24,000 nucleotides of DNA from Bacillota bacterium (GCA_040758635.1 JBFLVI010000011.1:1717-25716); one strand, 5' to 3'; positions 7,381 to 16,309 are shown, counted from the stretch's first letter. Notes: generated by a model not told the origin, from the sequence alone. A program made the numbers and translations.

Positions 7381-7593
7381 AAATCCGCTTCCTGATCGTA
7401 GTAGCGCCACCAGGTGTACCAGTCGTTTCGCATCTCGATGAAATACCGGTCAATGGGGTGCATCCCGATCTCGCAACCGGAAAGTTCCTGGATGAACCGG
7501 TTGCCGCCGATGTGGTCGCAGTACCGTCCGCAATCTTCTGAATCACGCGCAACTCTCTCCGCCGCATTCGAAAGCGATTTTCTTTCGCGTCCC

Positions 7594-8034
7594 CTAACCG
7601 CGGGAAGTTGAGTTTCTCTTAATGTAGGCCACCCCGTGAAACAAGGCGATCAACTGGCCCTCGCCGTCCTCCACGGTGACCCGGAAGTGGGTCAACCGGC
7701 CGCTACGCGACTCTTCCACCGCCCGTGCGGTCAACACCGATCCGGTGCCCGTGGCCCGGACGTAGCTGATATTGGCGTGGATGGCCAGGGCGGTTTCGCC
7801 GTAAGCGTTGCTTGCGGCGCCAAAAACCGTGTCCGCCAGGGTGAACACGACCCCGCCGTGGGTGACACCGGCGAAGTTCAGCATGTTTTCCTGGACGGTC
7901 AGGGTAGCCTCCGCGTAGCCGGGCGCCACGCGCCCGAAACGGATACCGAGGGCCTTCGGGAAAAAATCTTTCTCGATCAGGCCGCGGATGTAACGGTCGG
8001 TATCCTGAGGGAGCGGTGTCTTCTCCTTTGACAT
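7594..8034 (-). CDS. PaaI-family hotdog-fold thioesterase
   Basis: 146 aa. Typical PaaI pattern GVTHGGVVFTLADTVFGAASNA. ATG start at 8034 without a recognisable SD. Confidence 0.85.
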   Translation of the reverse strand: MSKEKTPLPQDTDRYIRGLIEKDFFPKALGIRFGRVAPGYAEATLTVQENMLNFAGVTHGGVVFTLADTVFGAASNAYGETALAIHANISYVRATGTGSVLTARAVEESRSGRLTHFRVTVEDGEGQLIALFHGVAYIKRNSTSRG

Positions 8035-8149
8035 AACGTGTAACTATTTTCGCGGTTGCCGACCGAAATCCTCCCGCCTGTATATAAATCATTGTCGGCC
8101 GCGGTGCTTTCGATTGACAGCTTTTTTCCATATAATTTTCGCAAACCGC

Positions 8150-8178
8150 TTGAATACTTTCACCAAATATGATAAAGT
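8150..8178 (+). promoter_or_regulatory. candidate sigma-A-type promoter for the zinc-ribbon gene
   Basis: TTGAAT (8150-8155), 17-nt spacer, then TAAAGT (8173-8178) with an upstream TG (extended -10, TGaTAAAGT). Prediction by eye only. Confidence 0.35.
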
Positions 8179-8299
8179 AGCTTTGTGCCTACGCCGACGC
8201 TGGCTTGAGACCACGGGAAATTTTCAGGTCCACGCTGAAACCTCCGCTCTTAAGCCGCCCCGAGTAGGAAAGAATCAAAAGAAAAAGGAGGTTTTAGCG

Positions 8300-8590
8300 A
8301 TGTACCAGGATAAGACCTTGACCTGTCGCGAATGCGGGAGCGAATTTTCGTTTACGGCCAGCGAGCAAGAATTCTACGCTTCCAAGGGCTTTGAAAACGA
8401 ACCCTTGCGTTGCCCCGACTGCCGTGCCGCCCGCAAAGCGCAGCGAAACAGCTACGGGCGCCAACCGCGGGAAATGCATACCGTCACCTGTGCCAGGTGC
8501 GGCAAACCGGCAGAAATCCCGTTTCGCCCGGTAAGCAGCAGGCCGGTTTATTGCAAGGATTGCTACCAGCCCGCTAAATCGCGCTGGTAA
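8300..8590 (+). CDS. CxxC...CxxC zinc-ribbon domain protein (two CxxC pairs twice)
   Basis: The track ORF starts at 8114. The credible start is ATG 8300, 9 nt after AAAGGAGG. 96 aa: MYQDKTLTCRECGSEFSFTASEQEFYASKGFENEPLRCPDCRAARK...CARCGKPAEIPFRPVSSRPVYCKDCY. Matches the widespread small CxxC-x17-CxxC zinc-ribbon family of unknown function. Confidence 0.85.
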   Translation: MYQDKTLTCRECGSEFSFTASEQEFYASKGFENEPLRCPDCRAARKAQRNSYGRQPREMHTVTCARCGKPAEIPFRPVSSRPVYCKDCYQPAKSRW

Positions 8591-8604
8591 CCGTTCGAAA
8601 CCGG

Positions 8605-8648
8605 AAAAGCGGGAAGATCAAAACCGATCAATCCCGCTTTTTTATTTT
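8605..8648. terminator. rho-independent terminator between convergent genes
   Basis: AAAAGCGGGA-N17-TCCCGCTTTT (10 bp) followed by a T-rich run on the plus strand. The minus-strand reading is followed by UUCCGGUUU. Lies between the zinc-ribbon gene (+) and the SLH gene (-). Confidence 0.7.
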
Positions 8649-8698
8649 CCCGGACGCAGGGGCCGCCCCGCAGGGCTACTGCTCCCGGGCGTTCTATT

Positions 8699-11332
8699 TT
8701 ACCACCGGGTATGATACGCCAGTGCTTTGGCGATCAACGCAGCCATTTCGCCCCGTGTAGCCGTTGACAGGGGGCGGAAACACCCGCCGGCACCCTGTAC
8801 CAGCCCGGCACGGGCCGCCCGTCGCACCGCAGGCAAAGCCCAGCCCGGAATCCTGTGCTCGTCCTCAAACTCCGGGCTTTGGCCTTCTTCAAGCCCGAGC
8901 GCCCGGTCAATCAGCACGGCCATCTCCGCCCTGGTGATCGGTTTATCCGGCCGGAACCACCCGCCGGGGTAACCCGTTATAATTCCCCGTGCTACCGCCG
9001 CCTTGATTCCGCCCGCCGCCCAGGAGGGAATTGCGTCGCGGAAGGGCAGCGCGGCATCCCCGGGTTCGTGCCAGCCGAAGGCGTTGGCCAGGATCACGGC
9101 GAATTGCGCCCGCGTCACGGCCGCATCGGGCTTGAAGGTGCCGTCAGGGAACCCGTGCACGGTTCCGCGGACGCCCAGCCGGATCACTGCCTCCCTTGAC
9201 CAGTGGCCGGTCACGTCGACCGGCTCGATATACTCCTCCTCACGCAGCGCCACGACGACCTCGCCGAACCTCTCCACCCGGCCGAGCACCGGTCCGCTGC
9301 CCTCACCCGTGGTCGGCTGCGGCACCCACAGACCGTCGGACCGCCGGCAAAGAAGAACCACCCGCCCAGCGTCCCGGCCGTCCGGCAACCAGCGCAAAAG
9401 ACAGCCCTTCCCGGGCGCCGGCGCTTGATAAGGCCGGAGAGACAGGCCGTCCAGAAATCTGTAACCTACCGGCAGGTCGGCGGGTTCCGCAAGGCTTTCC
9501 ACGCCGACCGCAGCACGCGTGGCAAACGTACCGGGCAAAACCCGGATCGCAAACCTTCCCTCTGTGCCCTCCGTTCCTTCCGGGCCGGCCCAGAGGAACT
9601 TCTGGCCCGGCGGGGCGACTTCCACCGGCACCGAAACCTCCAGGCCGCCGAAGCGGGCAACCACCGTCCCCGCCGCGACTTTTTCCCCGGCGTAGAAGAC
9701 GCCGTCCCGGATCTCACCGGCCTCCCCCTGGACCGTCCAGTTTACATAACGTGGCGCCAGGGGCCAGGTGCGGCCGTCTTTCCCGCGCACCTGGGCGATC
9801 AGCTTCACCTGCCCGCCGGGAGGCAGCGCAATAAGTGCAGGTGCAACTTCGAGCGCGGCCAGGTCTTCGGCCCCAAGCGCCCGGAGCGTGAGCCGCCCGG
9901 TAACCCCGCCCGTCTTGGCCGTAATCACGATCGTGCCGCCGCTGCGGGCGGTGAAGACGTTTCCTTCAAAGGTACCGGAACCCTGCTCCACGCTCCAGAC
10001 CACCTGTCCGGCGTCAATCGCGTACGGGTTGAAATACGTGTCGTAAGCACCCGCCCGGTAGGCATAGGGCAGCCCGGCCAGAATCTCCGCCGGCCCCCGC
10101 ACCACCAGGCCCGCCAGCGGCCCCTTCGGAGCAGTGCTGAAAACGCCCAGGGCGTTTGGAACCCGCCGCTCGGCCCCTTTGGCCGGCGTGTTCACCAGCA
10201 CCGGTTGAAACTCTCCCAGCGGGCGGGCCACCAGGCTGGTGGAACCGCCGCCGTCCAGATTCAGGGCCCGCCAGGCGCCCAGCCGCTGCACCAAAAAGTC
10301 GGCCAGCTCTTCCTGGGTCATCCCCCGGCTCGCAGCGCTCTGTTCAACACCGACCAGGTACAGCGTGTCCCCCGCACGCGAAACGGCTGCGGCCGAACGG
10401 GCGGTCCGCCCCTTAATGTTCTGGCTGAAGGGTTCCACCCGCCGGCCTTCAGCCACTAACAGGGCCTGCCCGCCTACCGCGGACTGGATCTCTTCCTCTC
10501 CGTAGGGTTCGATCCGGTAGCGCACCGTCACCGGGTCACCGACCTGAAAATTGTCGAGCAGAAAGGCGGCCGCCACCCCTTGCGCCCGCAAAACGCAACC
10601 GTCGGGCGGGATGGCAACCCCGGGCTGGTTGACGCGGATTTCCTGCACCGTCCCCCCCGTTACCACAAACTCCACTACGTTCGGCGCTTCGGGCGCCGCT
10701 CCGCGGCTGGTTGGCCCCCAGGCCGGCGTATACATCTGGATGGCATCAACATCCGAATTCACCGGCTTTCCATCCGTCACCGCCTGGTAGGCCGGCTTGT
10801 TAACCCCGCCGAGCGGGTAAAAGGACAGGCCGTTGGGGGCAACCACCTCGCCGGAAAAACGGAAAAGGTCAATTACAGGCCGGAGATCACCCAAGAGTGC
10901 AAAGGAATAATAATCGCCGCGCAACATCGGGCTCGTCAGCAATTCCCGGTCCCGGACGGTCATCCCCAGCGGGTGCTTCCCTTCCGACAGGTGAAAGAAA
11001 TCGCCGTTGATTGCGGCCACTGCCCCGGCCCGCTGGGCCATTTCCCGGACGGTGAGGGTGCTGCCGAAGCTCTCGTTGTCTGCACCGATCAAGGTTTCCA
11101 GCCGTACGTAAGGATGGCGCAGGCTCACGACCAGGACGTGGACCCGCACCGGCCCGTCCGCGGTCTCCAGACGGTACCCTTTCAGGGTAACCCCTGCGGC
11201 AACCGGCTCCTCGGAGACCTCCTCCGCCGGCACCGTGCCGGCCCGGACCGGCCCGGGCCCGGAGAAAAAGAAAACAGCGGCGAGGATGAAAATGAGCAAT
11301 GCCTGCGCCCGCTTGACGGCGGTAAATTTCAA
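8699..11332 (-). CDS. secreted cell-wall-anchored protein: phosphodiester glycosidase (NAGPA/DUF2233) domain + Ig-like (Big_2) repeats + three C-terminal SLH domains
   Basis: 877 aa. N-terminal signal/TM (LLIFILAAVFFFSGPGPVRA). AAINGDFF and ALNLDGGGSTSLV are hallmarks of the phosphodiester glycosidase family. Two Big_2-like segments. Three SLH repeats (FPDGTFKPDAAVTRAQFAVILANAF; ITGYPGGWFRPDKPITRAEMAVLIDRAL; GAGGCFRPLSTATRGEMAALIAKAL). TTG start after GGAAGGGGAG. Confidence 0.9.
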   Translation of the reverse strand: MKFTAVKRAQALLIFILAAVFFFSGPGPVRAGTVPAEEVSEEPVAAGVTLKGYRLETADGPVRVHVLVVSLRHPYVRLETLIGADNESFGSTLTVREMAQRAGAVAAINGDFFHLSEGKHPLGMTVRDRELLTSPMLRGDYYSFALLGDLRPVIDLFRFSGEVVAPNGLSFYPLGGVNKPAYQAVTDGKPVNSDVDAIQMYTPAWGPTSRGAAPEAPNVVEFVVTGGTVQEIRVNQPGVAIPPDGCVLRAQGVAAAFLLDNFQVGDPVTVRYRIEPYGEEEIQSAVGGQALLVAEGRRVEPFSQNIKGRTARSAAAVSRAGDTLYLVGVEQSAASRGMTQEELADFLVQRLGAWRALNLDGGGSTSLVARPLGEFQPVLVNTPAKGAERRVPNALGVFSTAPKGPLAGLVVRGPAEILAGLPYAYRAGAYDTYFNPYAIDAGQVVWSVEQGSGTFEGNVFTARSGGTIVITAKTGGVTGRLTLRALGAEDLAALEVAPALIALPPGGQVKLIAQVRGKDGRTWPLAPRYVNWTVQGEAGEIRDGVFYAGEKVAAGTVVARFGGLEVSVPVEVAPPGQKFLWAGPEGTEGTEGRFAIRVLPGTFATRAAVGVESLAEPADLPVGYRFLDGLSLRPYQAPAPGKGCLLRWLPDGRDAGRVVLLCRRSDGLWVPQPTTGEGSGPVLGRVERFGEVVVALREEEYIEPVDVTGHWSREAVIRLGVRGTVHGFPDGTFKPDAAVTRAQFAVILANAFGWHEPGDAALPFRDAIPSWAAGGIKAAVARGIITGYPGGWFRPDKPITRAEMAVLIDRALGLEEGQSPEFEDEHRIPGWALPAVRRAARAGLVQGAGGCFRPLSTATRGEMAALIAKALAYHTRW

Positions 11333-11702
11333 GCGCCCGCTCCCCTTCCTTCACGAAGCCTGGACAACCGTTTGTTGTATGTTACCATGCCGCCGGTATT
11401 TAGTCTGGTTTACAAATCGGCCCTTTAAGCCCGTTTTTCGCCGTGGTGCGTTTTGACCCGGCCTTCTCCCGGCCGCCCGGAAAGTTTGGCGCGCTGTTTT
11501 CTTATAGCCTTAGATTACCATTTCAGGGATTAACCGGATAAAGGGGCGCTTCCGGATAGGCCCCGCCGCCGTGCCGGCGCGGCGCAGGTAACCGGCAGCG
11601 GGCCACGCCGGCAGCCCGCCCGGATGTTCTGAGGGCTGCTGCCTCCTGGCCCCAAAATCACAATTTGATTTTAAGTTCAAGGGAAAAACTCTGGATAAGG
11701 GG

Positions 11703-12410
11703 TTAACGGTCTTTCGCGCCGGAATCTTCTTCACTCACGGCGTGGAGGAGATACTCCGCCAAGGCGTACCGCCACATAACCGCCGCCGTCCGGAGTATTT
11801 CTTCCGCACCCTCGGTCTCCCCGGCAGCGGTTGGTACCGCGGCGGTCTCGCCTCCCGGCGAGACCCCTTCCACTCCGGGCGGGTCCGGCTGCAGTTCCGC
11901 CGCTTTAGCCGCGCCCCCGCTTAGGTCCAGGACTTTGCGGACGTAGGCCCGGGTTTCGGGGTAAGGGGGGATCCCGCCGTACCGCGCCACCGCTCCCGGA
12001 CCGGCGTTGTAAGCCGCCAGCGCAAGGGCCTCGCTGCCGCCGAACCGTTCCAGCAGGGAGCGCAGGTAGGCCGCACCGCCGAAGATGTTCTGGACCGGGT
12101 CGAACGGGTCGCGTACGCCCAGCGCCTGCGCCGTCGCCGGCATCAACTGCATCACTCCCTGGGCGCCCGCCCGTGACACCGCCCGGGGATTAAAACCGGA
12201 CTCGGCCTGCACCACCGCCCGGAGGAGCTCCAGGCGCAGCCCGAAACGCGCCGCGGCCGCCTTCAACACCGGTTCCAGTGCGGCAGCGCCGCCCTTCCGG
12301 GCCGCCGCCAGTGCCGCCTCAAACCCACCGGTTTTCGGCGACACCCCCGTCTTCGCGCCCGCTCCCCCAGCTTCAGGCTGCCAACCGACTCGCACCGGCT
12401 CACCCCCCAA
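11703..12410 (-). CDS. lytic transglycosylase (GH23 / SLT domain) protein
   Basis: 235 aa. Catalytic [24 protein letters not shown] motifs. The start (TTG 12410 or the GTG five codons downstream) is uncertain. No signal peptide or TM in the ORF as read. Confidence 0.8.
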   Translation of the reverse strand: MGGEPVRVGWQPEAGGAGAKTGVSPKTGGFEAALAAARKGGAAALEPVLKAAAARFGLRLELLRAVVQAESGFNPRAVSRAGAQGVMQLMPATAQALGVRDPFDPVQNIFGGAAYLRSLLERFGGSEALALAAYNAGPGAVARYGGIPPYPETRAYVRKVLDLSGGAAKAAELQPDPPGVEGVSPGGETAAVPTAAGETEGAEEILRTAAVMWRYALAEYLLHAVSEEDSGAKDR

Positions 12411-12647
12411 ACCCTCTACTCTTTTTTTTCGGCCCCCGGCGACACCGGGTTTAGCCCCAACTTCCTTCGCCGCACTCCGGTATGCCCGGCCGGGCCTCTG
12501 AACTCGTCTGTTCGTCGCCCAGGACTTTTCCCCTCGTGACAGGAAAAAAGCTTCCGGCTAAAATTTAAAGGGAACCTTTCAGTTCGGTATTCAGATTTAA
12601 ATCCGGTCGAATCACTAAACCCAAGTCTAAAGGAGGTTTATGTCGGC

Positions 12648-12923
12648 ATGAAAGCTGCGGTAACAATAAAGGAAGCCACCGCCCACTTCGCCGCCAACCG
12701 CGAAACCATTCCGGTCCACCGCATGCCGCGGGGCGACTACGCCTTCGAGGTGGCCCCGGAAAACCACCTTTATCTCGTCGTCGAGGCCAAAGGCAGCGGG
12801 ATTTTCCTCGCCCGCCTGGGGCCCAAACTGATGAAGCTCCGGCCGCTGAGCGAAGAGGAACAACAAGCGGCACGGGCTTTTGCTCAAAAACGACTTGAGG
12901 AGGCCGGCCTCCTCCAAAATTAG
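12648..12923 (+). CDS. hypothetical protein (91 aa)
   Basis: ATG follows AAAGGAGG at good spacing. Non-repetitive, balanced composition. No family recognised. Immediately upstream of hsp20. Confidence 0.6.
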   Translation: MKAAVTIKEATAHFAANRETIPVHRMPRGDYAFEVAPENHLYLVVEAKGSGIFLARLGPKLMKLRPLSEEEQQAARAFAQKRLEEAGLLQN

Positions 12924-12939
12924 CGTTGGCTGCGAGTTG

Positions 12940-12968
12940 TTGCCTTTTTTTGAGAAACCAGTTATAAT
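12940..12968 (+). promoter_or_regulatory. candidate promoter of the Hsp20 gene
   Basis: TTGCCT (12940-12945), 17-nt spacer, then consensus TATAAT (12963-12968), 41 nt upstream of the ATG. Confidence 0.4.
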
Positions 12969-13009
12969 ATAGGCAGAAAAAGATCTGCTGAATCCAGGGA
13001 GGTGGTACT

Positions 13010-13450
13010 ATGCCGTACATGTTACCGTGGGACCCGTGGCGCGAATTACGCGAAGTGCGCGACGCGATGGAGAAGGCATTCAGCAAGCTCCCGAAGCTCT
13101 TTGACCGCGAGCAGTTCGGGACTTGGATGCCGGCGGTGGACGTCTACGAAAAGGACGATGAGGTAATCGTTAAGGCGGATCTCCCTGGGGTAGACAAGAA
13201 AAACGTCCGGATACTGGTTTCCAACGAGGAGGTTACCATCCAGGGAGAAACCAGGCGGGAAGAGGAAGTGAAAGAGAAGAACTTCTACCGGAGCGAGCGG
13301 GTGTACGGCAGCTTCTCCCGCACCATCCCGCTGCCGGTGCCGGTGGAGCGCGAAAAGGCCAAGGCGTCGTTCAAAGACGGGGTCCTGCAAATAGTCGTCC
13401 CCAAAGCAAAGGGCGCCCGGGAAGACCAGGTCGAAATCAGGCCTGAGTAA
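13010..13450 (+). CDS. Hsp20/alpha-crystallin family small heat-shock protein
   Basis: 146 aa. Alpha-crystallin domain pattern MPAVDVYEKDDEVIVKADLPGVDKKNVRI...YRSERVYGSFSRTIPLPVPVEREKAKASFKDGVLQIVVPK. SD is GGGAGGTGG. Confidence 0.93.
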   Translation: MPYMLPWDPWRELREVRDAMEKAFSKLPKLFDREQFGTWMPAVDVYEKDDEVIVKADLPGVDKKNVRILVSNEEVTIQGETRREEEVKEKNFYRSERVYGSFSRTIPLPVPVEREKAKASFKDGVLQIVVPKAKGAREDQVEIRPE

Positions 13451-13466
13451 AACCGAATACAAGGGC

Positions 13467-13500
13467 AACACCCCGGAACCCCCGGGGTGTTCGTTTTTTT
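13467..13500 (+). terminator. rho-independent terminator after hsp20
   Basis: AACACCCCGG-AACCC-CCGGGGTGTT (perfect 10 bp), then CG and T7. Confidence 0.8.
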
Positions 13501-13519
13501 GCGCCCCCCAAATCAAAAA

Positions 13520-13732
13520 CTACTCCCGCACCTTAAACAGCATCCTGCCCGCCGGGCGCCGCCGCCGGCGGTACGGGATCAACCGGGGCAGCCACCAGAA
13601 CAGGAAATCAACCGCGCCCAGAACGGCGGCGGCGAGAAAAAACCCGCCTTTCACCTTCAGGCGCGTTTTCAGACCGGGTTTTGAGCGCCGCCCGGATTCC
13701 GGCTTCACCGTTTTCTTGCCGCCCGGACTCAA
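13520..13732 (-). CDS. candidate small basic single-TM protein downstream of rnj
   Basis: Part of track ORF 13520-13861, whose 5' part overlaps rnj. A TTG at 13732 lies 5 nt after the GGAGGTG at the end of rnj. It gives 70 aa: LSPGGKKTVKPESGRRSKPGLKTRLKVKGGFFLAAAVLGAVDFLFWWLPRLIPYRRRRRPAGRMLFKVRE, with one TM helix flanked by Lys/Arg. Confidence 0.35.
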   Translation of the reverse strand: MSPGGKKTVKPESGRRSKPGLKTRLKVKGGFFLAAAVLGAVDFLFWWLPRLIPYRRRRRPAGRMLFKVRE

Positions 13733-13734
13733 GA

Positions 13735-15399
13735 CTACACCTCCATGATAATCGGCAGGATCATCGGCCGGCGCCGCGTCCGGTCGTAAAGGAACCGGCC
13801 TAGCACGTCCCGCACCTGCGACTTGATGCTTGACCACTCGGTTGTTCCCCGCCCGGTGCACTTTTCCAGTGCGCTGTGCACTTTTTCTTTGGCTTCTTCG
13901 AACAGTTGCTCCGCCCCGCGGACGTAAACAAAACCGCGGGAGACGATGTCCGGCCCGGCCACCACCTGCCCCGACTCCTGGTTTATCGCCAGCACTACAA
14001 TCAGGATTCCGTCCTGGGCAAGCTGTTTCCGGTCACGGAGCACAATGTTGCCCACGTCGCCGACACCCAGGCCGTCCACCAGCACCCGGCCGGCGGTAAC
14101 CCGGCCGGCGAAGCGGCCGCTCTTCCGGGTAAACTCCACAATCTGCCCGTTTTCCGCTACAAAAATGTTTTCGGGATTGACGCCCAGTTCCCGGGCCAGT
14201 TCCGCGTGGCGCATCAACATCCGGTATTCCCCGTGAACCGGGATGAAAAACTTGGGCCGGGTCAGGTTGAGCATCAGTTTCAGTTCCTCCTGGCTCGGGT
14301 GCCCGGAAACGTGCAGCCCGCCGACGGTTTCGTACAGCACCTCCGCGCCGCGCTTGAAAAGCTGGTCGATCACCCGCGCCACCAGCTTCTCGTTCCCCGG
14401 GATGGGGACCGCCGAAATGATGATCGTGTCGCCGGGAACAATATCCACTAACTTGTGGTCGGCCATCGCCATCCTGGTGAGCGCCGACATCGGCTCACCC
14501 TGGCTCCCCGTCGTAAGGATGACCACCTCGTGCCGCGGCAGCTGGTTGGCCTCTTCAAGCTCCACCAGGGTGCCAGGGGGGATGTGGAGGTACCCCAGCC
14601 TGTGGGCGACATCCACCACGTTCACCATGCTGCGGCCCGCGACCGCCACCTTCCGGCCGTAGCGGTGGGCCACCAGCACCGCCTGTTGAAGCCGATGGAT
14701 GTTCGAGGCAAAGGTGGCGATCAGGACCCGGCCGCGCGCACGCCGGAAAGTCTCGTCGAAGCCCTCGCCGACCACCCGCTCCGACATTGTGTAACCCGGC
14801 CGCTCCACATTCGTACTGTCCGAAAGGAGGACGAGCACTCCCGCCTCCCCTAATTGCGCCAGACGGTGAAAATCGATCATTTCCCCGTCAACCGGAGTGT
14901 GGTCAACCTTGAAGTCCCCCGTATGCAAGACCACCCCGATCGGGGTGTGCAGCGCCACCGCCACCGCGTCCGGGATGCTGTGCGAAACCCGGATGAATTC
15001 GATTTTAAAGTGGCCTACTTCGACCACGTCCCGCGGGCGTACTACCCGCAGGTCAACGTCATGATCGGGCAGGTGCTCGGTGAGTTTCCCTTCCAGCAGG
15101 CCGAGGGTCAGCCGTGTCCCGTAGACCGGAACGCTCTGGAAGTAGGGAAGCACGTAAGGGAGAGCGCCGATGTGGTCCTCATGGCCGTGGGTCAAAACGA
15201 TCGCCCGGATCAGGTGCTTGTGTTCGACCAGGTAACTGACGTCCGGAATCACCACGTCTATACCGAGCATTTCTTCCTCGGGAAACATCAGCCCGCAGTC
15301 GATCACCACGATTCCGTCTCCGTAACGCACCGCAAGCGAGTTTTTCCCGATTTCACCCAGTCCGCCCAGAGGAATGAGCTGGATCTTACCTTCACGCAA
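13735..15399 (-). CDS. rnj: ribonuclease J
   Basis: 554 aa. Metallo-beta-lactamase HxHxDH motif (VLTHGHEDHIGALPYV), beta-CASP region and C-terminal domain, with full-length RNase J architecture. TTG start 6 nt after AAGGAGGGAGGTGA. Confidence 0.95.
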   Translation of the reverse strand: MREGKIQLIPLGGLGEIGKNSLAVRYGDGIVVIDCGLMFPEEEMLGIDVVIPDVSYLVEHKHLIRAIVLTHGHEDHIGALPYVLPYFQSVPVYGTRLTLGLLEGKLTEHLPDHDVDLRVVRPRDVVEVGHFKIEFIRVSHSIPDAVAVALHTPIGVVLHTGDFKVDHTPVDGEMIDFHRLAQLGEAGVLVLLSDSTNVERPGYTMSERVVGEGFDETFRRARGRVLIATFASNIHRLQQAVLVAHRYGRKVAVAGRSMVNVVDVAHRLGYLHIPPGTLVELEEANQLPRHEVVILTTGSQGEPMSALTRMAMADHKLVDIVPGDTIIISAVPIPGNEKLVARVIDQLFKRGAEVLYETVGGLHVSGHPSQEELKLMLNLTRPKFFIPVHGEYRMLMRHAELARELGVNPENIFVAENGQIVEFTRKSGRFAGRVTAGRVLVDGLGVGDVGNIVLRDRKQLAQDGILIVVLAINQESGQVVAGPDIVSRGFVYVRGAEQLFEEAKEKVHSALEKCTGRGTTEWSSIKSQVRDVLGRFLYDRTRRRPMILPIIMEV

Positions 15400-15437
15400 A
15401 AAGTTTCACCTCCCTCCTTTTTGGACTCAAACCTTTA

Positions 15438-16307
15438 TCAATACCCTTCCCCGGCCAGAATAAGCACCATCTCCCGCAGCACTTTCGCCGCCAGGAGGGG
15501 GGCCAGCCCGCCGGGGTCGCACAACGGGTTGATTTCCACCACGTCGAATCCCACCACATCAAGCCCCCTGAGCGCGTAAACCGCCTTCAGGAGCTCGCCC
15601 GGACCGATCCCGCCCGGTTCCGGTGTTCCAACCCCCGGGGCATAAGCGGGCTCCACCACATCCACGTCCAGCGTTATGTAAACTTTTTTCCCGGTAATTT
15701 CCGGATATACCGCGGCAAGCGGCCGGTGCACCTCGTAAAGGAAAAGACGGGTGTGGTCCCGGGCAAACGTGATCTCGGCCCGGTCCGCCGAACGGACCCC
15801 GAACTGAAAGACCCGCCCCGGCCCGAGCAGTTCCACCACGCGCCGCATCACCGTGGCGTGGGAAAGCTTCACTCCCAGGTACTCGTCCCGGAGGTCGGCG
15901 TGGGCGTCGAAGTGCAGCACCACGACGTCCGGGTACCGCTGGAAAACGGCCCTGAGCACCGCAAGGGTGACCAGGTGCTCCCCCCCGACAAGAACGGGAA
16001 TCTTTCCGTCGGAAAGGATTCCCGTTGCCACCCGCTCTATCTCCCGTAACGCCTCCCCGACGTCGCCCAGGGGCAGGTTGACGTCGCCCAGGTCGCAAAA
16101 AGGCACCTCCCGGATGTCCCGGTCAAGGTACAGGCTGTACTCCTCCAAGCAGCGGGAAAACTGGCGCACCGCCCGCGGTCCTTCCCGCGTACCCGGCCGG
16201 AAGCAGACCGTAGCGTCCAGCCCGGCGCCCACCAGAACCACCCGCGCCCCGGCATAATCCGCGCCCGCCCCTAAAAAGAAGCCGTCCCGGCCGATCTTAG
16301 GCAGCAT
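15438..16307 (-). CDS. speB: agmatinase / ureohydrolase family (arginase fold)
   Basis: 289 aa. Mn-binding motifs HFDAHADL, GGEH, DVDVVEPAYAPGVGTPEPGG. The substrate (agmatine versus N1-aminopropylagmatine) cannot be decided from sequence by eye. Confidence 0.88.
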   Translation of the reverse strand: MLPKIGRDGFFLGAGADYAGARVVLVGAGLDATVCFRPGTREGPRAVRQFSRCLEEYSLYLDRDIREVPFCDLGDVNLPLGDVGEALREIERVATGILSDGKIPVLVGGEHLVTLAVLRAVFQRYPDVVVLHFDAHADLRDEYLGVKLSHATVMRRVVELLGPGRVFQFGVRSADRAEITFARDHTRLFLYEVHRPLAAVYPEITGKKVYITLDVDVVEPAYAPGVGTPEPGGIGPGELLKAVYALRGLDVVGFDVVEINPLCDPGGLAPLLAAKVLREMVLILAGEGY

Positions 16308-16309
16308 CG

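Noticed and set aside
6862-7410. 182-aa minus-strand ORF spanning the pump leader and the AT-rich spacer; also overlapping ORFs 6553-7026, 6600-7010 and 6698-6946.
   Set aside because: No SD and an implausible composition. It crosses the heptamer repeat, the small-ORF region and promoter-like AT-rich DNA. It is better explained as non-coding RNA/regulatory sequence plus micro-ORFs.
8114-8136. Consensus TTGACA (8114-8119) and TATAAT (8131-8136) hexamers, and the track start at 8114 for the zinc-ribbon ORF.
   Set aside because: The hexamers are only 11 nt apart, too short for a sigma-70-type promoter. The N-terminal 62 aa of the long ORF are non-protein-like and lack an SD, whereas ATG 8300 has AAAGGAGG.
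11510-11734. 74-aa minus-strand ORF between the SLT and SLH genes.
   Set aside because: It overlaps the SLT gene's 3' end, has Arg/Pro/Gly-rich composition and no SD, and lies in hairpin-rich spacer DNA.
12921-12950. TTAGCGTTG...GAGT upstream of hsp20 as a possible CIRCE (HrcA) operator.
   Set aside because: It matches only the first five bases of TTAGCACTC-N9-GAGTGCTAA, and no inverted-repeat partner is present.
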